This document shows, piece by piece, positions 42,778 through 52,495 of a DNA stretch of 64,000 bases. Where the stretch lies: the NCBI GenBank assembly GCA_963727445.1, contig CAVSGI010000014.1:128001-192000 (forward strand), written 5' to 3'. The stretch is from an uncultured delta proteobacterium. GTDB lineage: Bacteria > Myxococcota_A > Polyangia > Polyangiales > B10-G4. How positions within the stretch are numbered: position 1 is the stretch's first letter; each line of letters begins with the position of its first letter. The position numbers and the translations under genes were made by a program. The notes beneath the pieces were generated by a model. That model was given only the letters and a program-made list of their open reading frames with translations, ran no database searches and was not told the DNA's origin.

Positions 42778-45423
42778 CTAGCCCTCGTCGGTCTCGTCCG
42801 GCGGGACGTCGTCGTCCTCGGGCGGGTCCTCCGCGGTGGCCGGCGGGACCGTGCTCGCCGGGGGAGGCGAGACGAGGCCGGTGTCGTCGTCCGGGTCTTC
42901 GACCTCCACCGGCTCGACGTCCACGACCTTTTCGCCTTCGTTGAGCCGAATGACACGCACGCCCTGGGTGTTGCGGCCCGCCACGCGGATCTCCGAGACG
43001 CGCGTCCGGATGACCTGGCCGCCGTCCGTGATCACCACGAGCTGATCGTCCGGTCGCACCAGGCGGAGCTTCACCATCGGCCCGTTTCGCTCCGAACAGT
43101 CGATGGCGATGATGCCCTTGCCGCCGCGGTTCTGCGGCCGGTGCTCTTCGACCTCGGTGCGCTTGCCGTAGCCGTGCTCGCTGACGGTGAGCACCTGCTG
43201 GGTGTCGTCCTCGATGACGTCCATGCCGACGACCTCGTCGCCTTCGCGCAGGTCGATGCCCTTCACGCCGCGCGAGTCGCGGCCCATGGCGCGCACGTCT
43301 TCGACGTCGAAGCGGATGCTCATCCCGTTCTTGGTGCCGAGGATGACGTGCTGCCCCGCGGTCACCACGCGCGCGGAGAGGAGCTCGTCGTCGTCGGCGA
43401 TGGCCACTCCGATGATGCCCGTCTGCCGCACCTTCGCGTAGGCCGAGAGCTCGGTGCGCTTCACCCTGCCGCCCTTGGTGCAGGTGAGCAGGAACGCGTC
43501 GTCGGCGAACTCCTGCACCGGCACGATCGCCGCGATGGTGTCGGTGGGATCCATCCCGACGAAGTTCACGATGTTTCGACCGCGTGCCGTCCGTGACCCG
43601 GAGGGGATGTGATAGACCTTCTTCAGGTACACGGTCCCCTTGTCGTTCAGGAAGAGCACGTGGGCGTGCGTGTTCGCGACGAAGACCGAGCTGATGAAGT
43701 CCTCGTCGTGCGTGTCCATGGCGCGCAGGCCCTTGCCGCCGCGCCCCTGGGCTCGGTACTCGCCCAGCTGAACGCGCTTGATGTAGCCCTGGTGGCTCAC
43801 CGTCACGACGACGTCCTCGTCCGCGATCAGGTCTTCGATCGAGATGTCGCCTTCGGCCTGGACGATCTCGGTGCGCCGCTCGTCCCCGTAGCGCTCGCGC
43901 ACCTCGAGGAGCTCACCCGTGATGACCTCCATCAGTCGCTCGTCGGAGCCGAGGATCTCGCGCAGGCTCGCGATGAGATCGCAGATCTGCCCGTATTCGG
44001 TGGCGAGCTTCTCGCGCTCGAGGCCGGTCAGCCGTGCGAGGCGCATGTCGAGGATGGCCTTGGCCTGCCGCTCGCTCAGGAAGTAGTCGCCCTTCGCCTT
44101 CGCCTCTTCGATCTCCGACTCGGGCCGGCCCGCCCGGCGCACGAAGTCCTCGAGGCCCTTCAGCGGCAGCTTCATCAGCTTCTCGCGCGCCTCCTCGGGA
44201 TCCTGCGACTTGCGGATGGTGTCGACCACCAGATCGACCTCGGTCACCGCCATGCCGAGACCTTCGACGAGCTCCTGCTGCGCGAGCGCCTGGCGCAATT
44301 CGTAGCGCGTGCGGCGAAGCACCACCTCGCGGCGGTGGACGATGAAGTGCTCGAGCGTCTCCTTGAGGTTCAGGAGCTTCGGCTGACCGTTGACGATGGC
44401 CAGCATGTTCACGCCGAAGGTGCTCTGCAGCGGCGTCATCTGATAGAGCGAGTTGAGGACGATCTCGCCGTGCGCGTCCTTCTTCAGCTCGATGACGATG
44501 CGCATCCCGCTGCGATCGGACTCGTCGCGAATGTCGCTGACGCCCTCGAGTCGCTTCTCCCGGACGAGCGCGGCGATCTTCTTGAGCGTCTCGGCCTTGT
44601 TCACCTGATACGGGATCTCGGTGATGATGATCTGCTCGCGATTCGACTTGCCCTTCATCTCCTGGATGTCGGCGCGCGCGCGCATCACCACCCGGCCGCG
44701 GCCGGTGTGCAGGCCCTGGCGGATCCCCGAGGTGCCGTAGATGAAGCCCGCGGTGGGGAAGTCGGGCCCCTTCACACCGAGGCGACCCTGATCATCGTCG
44801 ACCATCAGCTGATCGATCGTGAGCGTCGGGTCCTCGATCAGGCGGATGGTCGCGTCGATGATCTCGCGCAGGTTGTGCGGCGGGACGTTCGTCGCCATGC
44901 CGACCGCGATGCCGCCCGAGCCGTTGACGAGAAGATTCGGGAAGCGGCTCGGCAAGACGAGCGGCTCGTGCTCGGAGTCGTCGTAGTTCGGACCGAAGTC
45001 GACGGTCTCCTTCTCGATGTCGGCGAGCAGCTCCGAGGTGAGCCGCGACATCCGCACCTCGGTGTAACGCATGGCCGCGGCGGGGTCGCCGTCGACGGAG
45101 CCGAAGTTCCCCTGGCCGTCGACCAGCGGGTAGCGCATGGCGAAGTCCTGCGCCATGCGCACCAGCGCGTCGTAGACGGCCTGGTCACCGTGCGGGTGGT
45201 ACTTGCCGAGGACGTCGCCGACGATGCGGGCGCTCTTCTTGTAGGAAGTGTTCCAGCGAACCCCCTGCTCGTGCATCGTGTACAGGATCCGACGATGGAC
45301 GGGCTTGAGCCCGTCGCGCACGTCCGGGATCGCGCGCCCGATGATGACGGACATCGCGTAGTCGAGATACGAACGGCGCATCTCGTCTTCGATGGTGACT
45401 GGGAGCTTTTGGGACTCGGCCAT
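42778..45423 (-). CDS. gyrA: DNA gyrase subunit A
   Basis: [25 protein letters not shown], catalytic AAMRYTE, GyrA-box QGRGGKG, acidic tail. Confidence 0.98.
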   Translation of the reverse strand: MAESQKLPVTIEDEMRRSYLDYAMSVIIGRAIPDVRDGLKPVHRRILYTMHEQGVRWNTSYKKSARIVGDVLGKYHPHGDQAVYDALVRMAQDFAMRYPLVDGQGNFGSVDGDPAAAMRYTEVRMSRLTSELLADIEKETVDFGPNYDDSEHEPLVLPSRFPNLLVNGSGGIAVGMATNVPPHNLREIIDATIRLIEDPTLTIDQLMVDDDQGRLGVKGPDFPTAGFIYGTSGIRQGLHTGRGRVVMRARADIQEMKGKSNREQIIITEIPYQVNKAETLKKIAALVREKRLEGVSDIRDESDRSGMRIVIELKKDAHGEIVLNSLYQMTPLQSTFGVNMLAIVNGQPKLLNLKETLEHFIVHRREVVLRRTRYELRQALAQQELVEGLGMAVTEVDLVVDTIRKSQDPEEAREKLMKLPLKGLEDFVRRAGRPESEIEEAKAKGDYFLSERQAKAILDMRLARLTGLEREKLATEYGQICDLIASLREILGSDERLMEVITGELLEVRERYGDERRTEIVQAEGDISIEDLIADEDVVVTVSHQGYIKRVQLGEYRAQGRGGKGLRAMDTHDEDFISSVFVANTHAHVLFLNDKGTVYLKKVYHIPSGSRTARGRNIVNFVGMDPTDTIAAIVPVQEFADDAFLLTCTKGGRVKRTELSAYAKVRQTGIIGVAIADDDELLSARVVTAGQHVILGTKNGMSIRFDVEDVRAMGRDSRGVKGIDLREGDEVVGMDVIEDDTQQVLTVSEHGYGKRTEVEEHRPQNRGGKGIIAIDCSERNGPMVKLRLVRPDDQLVVITDGGQVIRTRVSEIRVAGRNTQGVRVIRLNEGEKVVDVEPVEVEDPDDDTGLVSPPPASTVPPATAEDPPEDDDVPPDETDEG

Positions 45424-45447
45424 GTGGGCTCTGGCCCTATCACGCCT

Positions 45448-45499
45448 CGCGCGCGCGCGCACGCGCGTACGCACGCGCGCGCGTACGCGCGCGTGCGCG
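45448..45499. promoter_or_regulatory. 52-bp perfect purine/pyrimidine-alternating tract upstream of gyrA (Z-DNA/cruciform potential)
   Basis: CGCGCGCGCGCGCACGCGCGTACGCACGCGCGCGCGTACGCGCGCGTGCGCG. The sequence is certain; the regulatory role is inferred. Confidence 0.55.
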
Positions 45500-45600
45500 A
45501 GGCCCCGCCTGGCAACGTCGTTTCCACCCCCGCCAACTGAGTTGATGGCTGTGGGGCCCGATGGGATTGGAAAAGCCAGTCATTCCCATCGACTCATCCT

Positions 45601-45615
45601 CGGCACCACCCTTGC
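45601..45615 (+). promoter_or_regulatory. Possible sigma-54 -24/-12 promoter
   Basis: CGGCAC-CACCC-TTGC versus consensus TGGCAC-N5-TTGC, correct GG-N10-GC spacing, about 25 bp before the ATGs at 45637/45643. Confidence 0.4.
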
Positions 45616-45642
45616 GTGGTAGTCTGCCGGGGAAGCATGCCC

Positions 45643-45984
45643 ATGAACCGTTTCAGCCTCTCGATCGTCCTCATCGCGGCTCTCGCCGTGGGATCGAGCG
45701 CCGTGGGATGCGCCACCCCGACCCTTCCCCTTCCGCCTCCAGCAGCCCTGACAGCCGGCCCGCCGGACGCCGACGGCATCGTCACCATCCGTGGCGAGTC
45801 GCTGGCCGAAGCCTACGTCTTCTGCCTCAATCTGGACTTGGATGCGGGCGTCATCGTCCGCGCCGATACCGACGGCAACTTCACCTGCCAACCGCGGGCC
45901 GAAGTGGGGAATTACGTCAGTGTTTGGCAGGAGTTGGGGTCCGACAGCGGCCCCCCACTGGAGATCCGCATTCCCGCCCCCTGA
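45643..45984 (+). CDS. Small hypothetical lipoprotein (Ig-like beta sandwich)
   Basis: Lipobox AVGC followed by TPTLPLPPP; ADTDGNF. Confidence 0.7.
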   Translation: MNRFSLSIVLIAALAVGSSAVGCATPTLPLPPPAALTAGPPDADGIVTIRGESLAEAYVFCLNLDLDAGVIVRADTDGNFTCQPRAEVGNYVSVWQELGSDSGPPLEIRIPAP

Positions 45985-46075
45985 ACCACGCGCCGCCAAA
46001 ATCAGCCCACTTCTTTGACCTCGTGTAAGAGGTTGTCCTACATGCGAGTACAGGTAGGCGCTTGTAGGAGGGCTC

Positions 46076-46930
46076 ATGGACACGGCGATGCGGGATCTGG
46101 AGCGACTGGAGGAGCAGGACGATGCTCCCGGGCGGCGAATCGGCACCCTGATGATGGCGGCCCTCGCGACCGTCGGTTTGATCTTCGCGATGGCGATCCT
46201 CCTCGGAGGTACGGGGGAGTCCGAGGTGGAGGCCCAGGACGATCCCCTCTCGGTGCTCGACCGGGCCGCCGGCTTCGAGGTCGACGAGGAGGTGCTGCCC
46301 GAGGAGGACGAGGCCCCCGAGGTGGACCGTCGCAATCTGGCCTTTCCCGAGACCCTCGCGGAGTACGACACCCGCCCCGAGGTCGAGGCCGCGCTGGCCG
46401 CCGCGGCGGCCGAGCTCGAGCATCCGGAGCCGATCCCCTCGGGTGTAGCCCTCGGAGACATCGCCTCGGGCAGCATCGAGGACGCGCCGGTCCCCTCCCC
46501 CGACGCCCCGCCGATCCGCACCGAGCATCCGGTCGACGACACCCTGCCCTCCGCCCTGCCCGCGGCCTCCGCCTTCGGTGGCACGCCCGAGGTCCTGAGC
46601 CGGGCGCGCGCCCACGATCCGCTGGTCGCCGCCGCGTTCCCGCCCGAAGCCCCTGGCCGTCCCGTCGCCTCCGGCATGAACGGCAAGTACACGATCCAGG
46701 TCATCAGCTATCAGCATCCGACCGACGCCGACGTCTTCGCTCAGGGCCTTCGCGCACGGGGCCATCACGCCTTCGTCGTGTCTGCCGACATCCCAGAGCG
46801 CGGGCGCTTCTATCGCGTTCGCATCGGCCCCTTCGACACCCAGCGTGAAGCGGATGCCTACCGCCACCAGTTCGAAGACGAAGAGCGGATGAACACCATC
46901 GTCATCCGACGCCGAGACGAACGAGGCTGA
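46076..46930 (+). CDS. SPOR-domain (peptidoglycan-binding) membrane protein
   Basis: One TM, acidic linker, C-terminal YTIQVISY...FYRVRIGPF..REA. Confidence 0.88.
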   Translation: MDTAMRDLERLEEQDDAPGRRIGTLMMAALATVGLIFAMAILLGGTGESEVEAQDDPLSVLDRAAGFEVDEEVLPEEDEAPEVDRRNLAFPETLAEYDTRPEVEAALAAAAAELEHPEPIPSGVALGDIASGSIEDAPVPSPDAPPIRTEHPVDDTLPSALPAASAFGGTPEVLSRARAHDPLVAAAFPPEAPGRPVASGMNGKYTIQVISYQHPTDADVFAQGLRARGHHAFVVSADIPERGRFYRVRIGPFDTQREADAYRHQFEDEERMNTIVIRRRDERG

Positions 46931-46939
46931 GCGGCTCGG

Positions 46940-47707
46940 CTACTCGATGAGCGACCAGGTCACCCCTGGTCGCAGCTCGAGATGCAGATGGTTTTCGTGA
47001 TGCTCGTCGTGATGGGGTGTGAGCACGACCTGGAAGAGCTCTCGCTCGTACGCCCCACAGACCAGGTCGCGTAAGAGGCGTAGATCGTCCGAGTCGCCAT
47101 CGCGCGAGGGACAAGGGTTCACGCCGCGCCGCCAATCGGTCCATGCGTCCTCGACGACGACGCGCCTCCCGTCATCGAGGAGGAGGTCGCCCACGTCGAT
47201 GGCGAGGCCCGTCGCGTGGCCGCTCGGCCGGCCGCTCCCACCCACGCGGGCGCCCGGGCGATAGACCGAGTAGTGCTCGAGGCGTGCGACGCCAGCGCCG
47301 CGCAAGGTCGGCGCCCAGGCCAGCACCGCCACCGCCAGGCGGCAGTCGAGGATGCTCAGGCGCTCGATGCGGCGTCTGCGGCGGCGATTGCCTTCGCCAT
47401 GGCTTCGATGGCGGACCTCGACGCCCGCGAGCGGGCCCTCGAGGCGAATCGGTTGCTCGACGCCCGGCGCGTCCTCGGCGGCGAGCGCGGTGAAGCGGAC
47501 GCGACGGCTGCGTAAAATGGCCTCACAGCGGCGTTTCGACAGCTCCCCTATCGCCCGGCCCTCGGGGATCGCAGGGCGCCGACGGCGCCGCTGAGCGGGC
47601 GGGAGATGGGCCCGGCCCTCGCCGGCCGTAGGGGCCAGGCTCTCGCGGGCCGCGGTGGGGGCGGGCAGCAAAGACGAGAGGAGCAGGAGCGTGGCCGCCC
47701 ACCTCAT
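46940..47707 (-). CDS. Extensin-like C-terminal domain protein (peptidase M15-like fold)
   Basis: Signal peptide; LDCRLA, SGHATGLAIDV, VLTPHHDEHHENHLHLE. Confidence 0.78.
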   Translation of the reverse strand: MRWAATLLLLSSLLPAPTAARESLAPTAGEGRAHLPPAQRRRRRPAIPEGRAIGELSKRRCEAILRSRRVRFTALAAEDAPGVEQPIRLEGPLAGVEVRHRSHGEGNRRRRRRIERLSILDCRLAVAVLAWAPTLRGAGVARLEHYSVYRPGARVGGSGRPSGHATGLAIDVGDLLLDDGRRVVVEDAWTDWRRGVNPCPSRDGDSDDLRLLRDLVCGAYERELFQVVLTPHHDEHHENHLHLELRPGVTWSLIE

Positions 47708-47751
47708 CCGCCGCACCCATCGACGCAATTTTTCTCTATCATCGCTCCCAC

Positions 47752-48798
47752 ATGGACGAAGCGACCCTGCACGCTCTTCTGACCAAAGGGCAACAACACG
47801 GCGCCAGCGATGTCCTCTTCAAGGTCGGTCAGCCCCCGGCCTTCCGCGTGAACGGGGAGCTCCACTACCTGCAGGCGGAGAAGCTCAAGCCCCCGCAGAC
47901 CCAGGCGCTGGCCGAGCTGGTGCTGTCGAGGACGCGCTTCGACGACCCGATCTCCAAGCTGCTCCAGTACGACACCTCGTACGGCGTACACGGCATCGGC
48001 CGCTACCGCGTCAACATCTACCGCCAGCGCGGCACCCTGGCGCTCGCGATGCGCTCGATCCCGCTGACCATCCCGAGCTTCGACGACCTGCTCTTGCCGC
48101 CGGTGGTCGAGACCCTCGCCGAGCTCGAGCGCGGCATGATCCTGGTCTGCGGCGCCGCCGGTAACGGCAAGAGCTCGACCCTGGCGTCGATGATCGGTCA
48201 CCTGAACAACACCCAGCGCATCCACGTCGTGACGATCGAAGACCCGATCGAGTTCATTCACCAGGACAATTTGGCCTCGATCTCCCAGCGTGAGATCGGG
48301 CTCGATTGCCAGAATTTCGCCAGCGCCCTGCGCGCCGCGCTGCGGCAGGACCCGGACGTGATCCTGGTCGGCGAGATCCGCGACGAGGAGACGATGGACA
48401 TCGCCCTCAAGGCGAGCGAGACCGGTCACCTCGTGATGAGCACGCTCCACACGCCGGACGTGGCGCGGACCGTCGGCCGCGTCATCTCGCTCGCCGCCGG
48501 CCAGACCCGCGACACGTCGGAGACGCGCGAGCGCTTCGCGGACAACATCAAGGCGATCATCGCGCAGCGCCTGCTCCCGCGCGCGGATGGACAGGGGCTG
48601 GTGCTGGCGGCGGAGATCCTGGTGGTCACGGGGACGGCGCGCGAGAGCCTGAGGCGCCCGGAGAACAACCTGCCGCTCAAAGACGTGATGGAGCGCGGCG
48701 TTCACCCCTACGGGATGCAGACCTTCGAAATGGCCCTACGTGACATCGTGAAACAAGGTCTGGTCGACGTGGAGGTCGCCCGGGCCGCCCTCTCCTGA
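47752..48798 (+). CDS. PilT/PilU-family ATPase paralog
   Basis: ASD, GAAGNGKSST, TIEDPIE, LRQDPDVILVGEIRD, TGHLVMSTLHT, GMQTF; lacks AIRNLIRE. Confidence 0.92.
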   Translation: MDEATLHALLTKGQQHGASDVLFKVGQPPAFRVNGELHYLQAEKLKPPQTQALAELVLSRTRFDDPISKLLQYDTSYGVHGIGRYRVNIYRQRGTLALAMRSIPLTIPSFDDLLLPPVVETLAELERGMILVCGAAGNGKSSTLASMIGHLNNTQRIHVVTIEDPIEFIHQDNLASISQREIGLDCQNFASALRAALRQDPDVILVGEIRDEETMDIALKASETGHLVMSTLHTPDVARTVGRVISLAAGQTRDTSETRERFADNIKAIIAQRLLPRADGQGLVLAAEILVVTGTARESLRRPENNLPLKDVMERGVHPYGMQTFEMALRDIVKQGLVDVEVARAALS

Positions 48799-48825
48799 CC
48801 GCCGCTGCCCACGAAGGAGGCGCCC

Positions 48826-49377
48826 GTGGCTCACCCCTGGCACGACCTACCGAACAACCCCGACACCGCGCACGAGTTCTTCAACGCGGTGATCGAGATC
48901 CCCCGCGGCTCGAAGGTGAAGTACGAGCTCGACAAACCGACGGGCCTGTTGCGTCTCGACCGCATCCTGTACAGCGCGGTTCATTACCCGGCGAACTACG
49001 GCTTCATCCCGCGGAGCTACTGCGAGGACGGCGATCCACTCGACGTGCTGGTGCTCTGTCAGGAGGCCGTCTTCCCGCTGACGATCCTTCGCGCCCGCGC
49101 GATCGGCTTTCTGCGCATGAGCGATCAGGGCAAGGACGACACCAAGATCATCGCCGTCCACGTCGATGATCCCTCGGTCAGCGACTACCGGGACATCAGC
49201 GAGGTCCCCCAGCACGTCTTCGCCGAGATCAAGCGCTTCTTCACCGACTACAAGCAGCTCGAGGGCCTCGAGGTGAAGGTCGAGGAGTTCCAGAACGCCG
49301 ACGCGGCGCTGAAGTCGGTGAAGGACGCGCTGAACCTGTACCGCCAGAAAGAGAGCCAGCTGCGCGGCTGGGGCTGA
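48826..49377 (+). CDS. ppa: Inorganic pyrophosphatase (family I)
   Basis: HPWHD, IEIPRGSKVKYE, YPANYGFIP, DGDPLDVL; SD AAGGAGG. Confidence 0.96.
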   Translation: MAHPWHDLPNNPDTAHEFFNAVIEIPRGSKVKYELDKPTGLLRLDRILYSAVHYPANYGFIPRSYCEDGDPLDVLVLCQEAVFPLTILRARAIGFLRMSDQGKDDTKIIAVHVDDPSVSDYRDISEVPQHVFAEIKRFFTDYKQLEGLEVKVEEFQNADAALKSVKDALNLYRQKESQLRGWG

Positions 49378-49407
49378 GGTCGACGCGCCGCGCGAGCGCA
49401 TCTCTTC

Positions 49408-50682
49408 TCAGAGGCTCTCGGCTTCGGCCGCCGCTCGGGCGGCCTCTTCCGAGGGGCGCTCGACGAGGTAGTAGCGCAGCGCTTCGCGGGCGATGTAGGC
49501 GGCCTTGATGCGCCAGAGCGGCGTGTTCACGGCGAGGGCGGCGACGGCGATGGTGGGATGGTCTGCCGGAGCGAAGCCGACCCACCAGGTGTAGCCGCGA
49601 TAGGGACGCTCGCTGCTCAGCGTTCCGGTCTTGCCGGCGATGCGGACGTCGGGGATGAAGGGCCGACCGTGTTGGTCGTGGAAGGTGCGGCGCGCGGTGC
49701 CCTGCGACACGGTGTTCTCCATCATCGCCCCGACGGCGCGTGCGGTGCGGCGGGAGATCACCGCGCGGAAGATCTCCGGCTCGTGACGCCTCAGCACCTC
49801 GCCGCTCGGGCTGACGATGCGGTCGATCATCGACGCGCGAGGCATGCGGCCGTCGTTGGCGAAGGTCGAGGCGATGAGCGCGCCGTGAAGGGGCGACATG
49901 TGCATGTGCCAGAAGCCCGCGGCGGTTCGCGCGAACTCGAGGCGATCGCTGTCGTGGTCGGGTACCTCGCCCGGGCTCGCGTTCGTCGGGACGTCGAAGG
50001 GAAGCGCGTGTCCGAAACCGAAGGCCGACGCGTAGCGCTCGAGGGTAGCGGTGTCGAGATTGCGGTCGGCGAGCTTCGCGAACACGCAGTTGATCGAGCC
50101 GCCCACGGCCTCGGCCAGGGTGCTGCAGCGGTTGTCGCTCGCGGCGTCTTCGAGGTGACGCGCGTGAAGCGCGCTCGAGCCGCCCGAGTAGCAGACGCTC
50201 GTCTCGGGACCGACGCCGGCATCGATGAGCGCGGACGCGGTGACGATCTTGAAGACCGACGCCGTCGGCGGCGTGGGGTCGCGGGCGAGGTCGGGCGCGT
50301 CCGGGTTCGCCGTCGAGTGGCTCACGTAGGCGAGCACCCGCCCCGTCGCCGGCTCGATGGCGACGACGGATGCGTAGGGTACTTCGTAGGTCTGGAGCTC
50401 GTGCTCGAGATGCTCTTGAAGCCCGGGGTGCAGCGTGAGGATCGCGGTGTTGCCACCGTCGAGATCCGCGACGAGATGGTCGCCGTCGAGCCGGTGCTCT
50501 CGCGGGTCGAAGCCGACGAGGAGATCGGGCTCCGCCGCGTCGGCCGCGGGCGGACTGTCGCCACGCTCCGACGCGCTCCGGTCCTCGCCCCCACCGCTCT
50601 CCGCGGAGAGGACTCCGACGCCGCCGCCGGCGAGGAGGAGCGCGAGGATCAGCGTGAGGACGGTTCGCTTCGAACGGGCCAT
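49408..50682 (-). CDS. Penicillin-binding protein (compact transpeptidase-domain protein)
   Basis: SxxK (ASVFK), SxN (SIN), KTG (GKTGT); N-terminal anchor. Confidence 0.9.
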   Translation of the reverse strand: MARSKRTVLTLILALLLAGGGVGVLSAESGGGEDRSASERGDSPPAADAAEPDLLVGFDPREHRLDGDHLVADLDGGNTAILTLHPGLQEHLEHELQTYEVPYASVVAIEPATGRVLAYVSHSTANPDAPDLARDPTPPTASVFKIVTASALIDAGVGPETSVCYSGGSSALHARHLEDAASDNRCSTLAEAVGGSINCVFAKLADRNLDTATLERYASAFGFGHALPFDVPTNASPGEVPDHDSDRLEFARTAAGFWHMHMSPLHGALIASTFANDGRMPRASMIDRIVSPSGEVLRRHEPEIFRAVISRRTARAVGAMMENTVSQGTARRTFHDQHGRPFIPDVRIAGKTGTLSSERPYRGYTWWVGFAPADHPTIAVAALAVNTPLWRIKAAYIAREALRYYLVERPSEEAARAAAEAESL

Positions 50683-50769
50683 GGTCCGAAGGTACGGAGG
50701 GGCCCGCCAGGGACAAAGAAAGTGGCGAAGGTCACAGTCGAGGCGCCGCCGCGGATCCGGGAGGCGGTC

Positions 50770-51519
50770 TCAGGTGGCGCGCCAGATCCAGAAGCGCCGC
50801 GTCTCTTCAGGCGTGCGCGTCGCGGCGCGCACCGCACGGAGCACCGGGGGCGAGCCGAGAAAGTGGCCGAGACAGAGCGCGCCGCCGAACATCGCCACCC
50901 AGCTCTCCATCGGCGCCGCGACCGCGATCGCCGTGCAGAGCACGGCGGTGCAGAGATGCGTCACGCCATAGAGCGTCCACTTACGGAAGTGCTTCACGAT
51001 GTGCAGGTGCGGATCGATCGTGGAGACGAAGCCCGGCGCAAACCAGATGGAGTCGCCCGCTTTCACCTCGAGGGTGATCGGGCGGCGATAGCCGCGCGGC
51101 GAGGTAGCGCGCTTGACGCAGGCCTCGAAGTCCTCCGGATGCTCGGCCCCGACCTCGAACGCGTCCTCCGAGAGCCACACCAGACCGTCCTCGTCCGCGT
51201 CCAGGTGCTCCTCCTCGCCGTCGACGCGAACCAGACCGCCGTAGAGCGCGTGTTGGGCCAGCCCGTGGGAGACGTCCACCGCCGGCGTTTCCCCGTCGAG
51301 GGCGTGGCCCCGCTGCTCGAAGGCGAAGGTCGCGAGGGCGCCACCCTCCCCGTCTGTGGAGACCACCTCGCCCTTTCGGACGCCCGCGAGGCTTCGGCGC
51401 AGACGAAGCAGGTCGCGCATCTCCGACCAGACGTCGGCGCCGACCAGGAGCACGCAGATCCAGAACGCTGCGAGACAGCCGAGTCCCATCAGCTCGTTCG
51501 ACAGGTGCAGGGCGTTCAT
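50770..51519 (-). CDS. Hypothetical membrane protein coupled to the desaturase pair
   Basis: ATG overlaps the desaturase stop; one N-terminal and two C-terminal TM helices. Confidence 0.65.
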   Translation of the reverse strand: MNALHLSNELMGLGCLAAFWICVLLVGADVWSEMRDLLRLRRSLAGVRKGEVVSTDGEGGALATFAFEQRGHALDGETPAVDVSHGLAQHALYGGLVRVDGEEEHLDADEDGLVWLSEDAFEVGAEHPEDFEACVKRATSPRGYRRPITLEVKAGDSIWFAPGFVSTIDPHLHIVKHFRKWTLYGVTHLCTAVLCTAIAVAAPMESWVAMFGGALCLGHFLGSPPVLRAVRAATRTPEETRRFWIWRAT

Positions 51520-52484
51520 CGGGTCGCTCCGTTCGCTGTCGCCGGCGCGGCCCCGTCGCCGTTCTCCATCGCGCTTTCGCCGTTCTTGGGGGGCTGCTCG
51601 CCCCCCTCGTCGCCCCCTCGCAGACCACGCGGCAGCACCAAGCCGCGCACCTTCCCGAGCAGGAACGTGCGCGCGAGATAGAGCACCATGCTCTTCTCGT
51701 TCAGACGCGCGTCCATCCGCGGCACGCACTCGCGCTCGTGCAGCTCGTCGAGCTCCGACCAGTGCACGTTCGGCTGGTTGTGATGGATGGTGTGGTAGCC
51801 GTTGTTGCACATCACCCAATTGAAGAAGCGTCCGACGAAGTTGCGCGAGTGGTTCCACTTGCTGCCGATGTCGGCGCCCTGATGCTGAATGAGGTTGATG
51901 CGCAGGATGCATCGCGCGCCGTAGAGCTGCGGCACCAGGATGAAGAAGAGGGTCGTCCAGAAGTCGAACGCCATCATCACGCCGGTCAGCCCGAAGGCGA
52001 AGATCATCTCGTTCCGATACTGCTTCCGAAACCGACCGCGGCCCCTCCGCTTCGCCCAGCGCCCCACGCCGTCGAAGGTGTTGGGGCCCGCGACGTTGGG
52101 GAAGTGGATCAGGTTGAGAAGGTTGTGGCGAAAGCGAACGTGATCGGGTGACGCCCAGTCCGGCTGCCCCTCGTCGTCGAAGGTGTGGTGGACGAGGTTG
52201 TGAGAGGGGACGTTGGCCGAGGCGGGGTAGAGGTTCCCGAAGCTCAGCACCCACCGCCAGAGGCTGTTCACCGCACGCGCCTTGAACGGCGGCTTGTGCA
52301 TCGAGTTGTGGATGACGACCGCGTTCAGGAAGCTGAGGTAGCAAGCCGCCGCCAAAAACAGGAGGTTCCGGCACTCGGGCAGGAAGTACATGGCGAAGAG
52401 AACCGCCATGTAAGCCGTGATCAGCCCCACCTGCCGAACGTCGGCGGGATGCTTGAGCCCGAGAGCGGTGGCGGCGAAGGACAT
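51516..52484 (-). CDS. Membrane fatty-acid desaturase family protein
   Basis: His boxes HNSMH, HNLVHH, HTIHH. Confidence 0.9.
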   Translation of the reverse strand: MSFAATALGLKHPADVRQVGLITAYMAVLFAMYFLPECRNLLFLAAACYLSFLNAVVIHNSMHKPPFKARAVNSLWRWVLSFGNLYPASANVPSHNLVHHTFDDEGQPDWASPDHVRFRHNLLNLIHFPNVAGPNTFDGVGRWAKRRGRGRFRKQYRNEMIFAFGLTGVMMAFDFWTTLFFILVPQLYGARCILRINLIQHQGADIGSKWNHSRNFVGRFFNWVMCNNGYHTIHHNQPNVHWSELDELHERECVPRMDARLNEKSMVLYLARTFLLGKVRGLVLPRGLRGGDEGGEQPPKNGESAMENGDGAAPATANGATR

Positions 52485-52495
52485 CGCGGCGCCCC

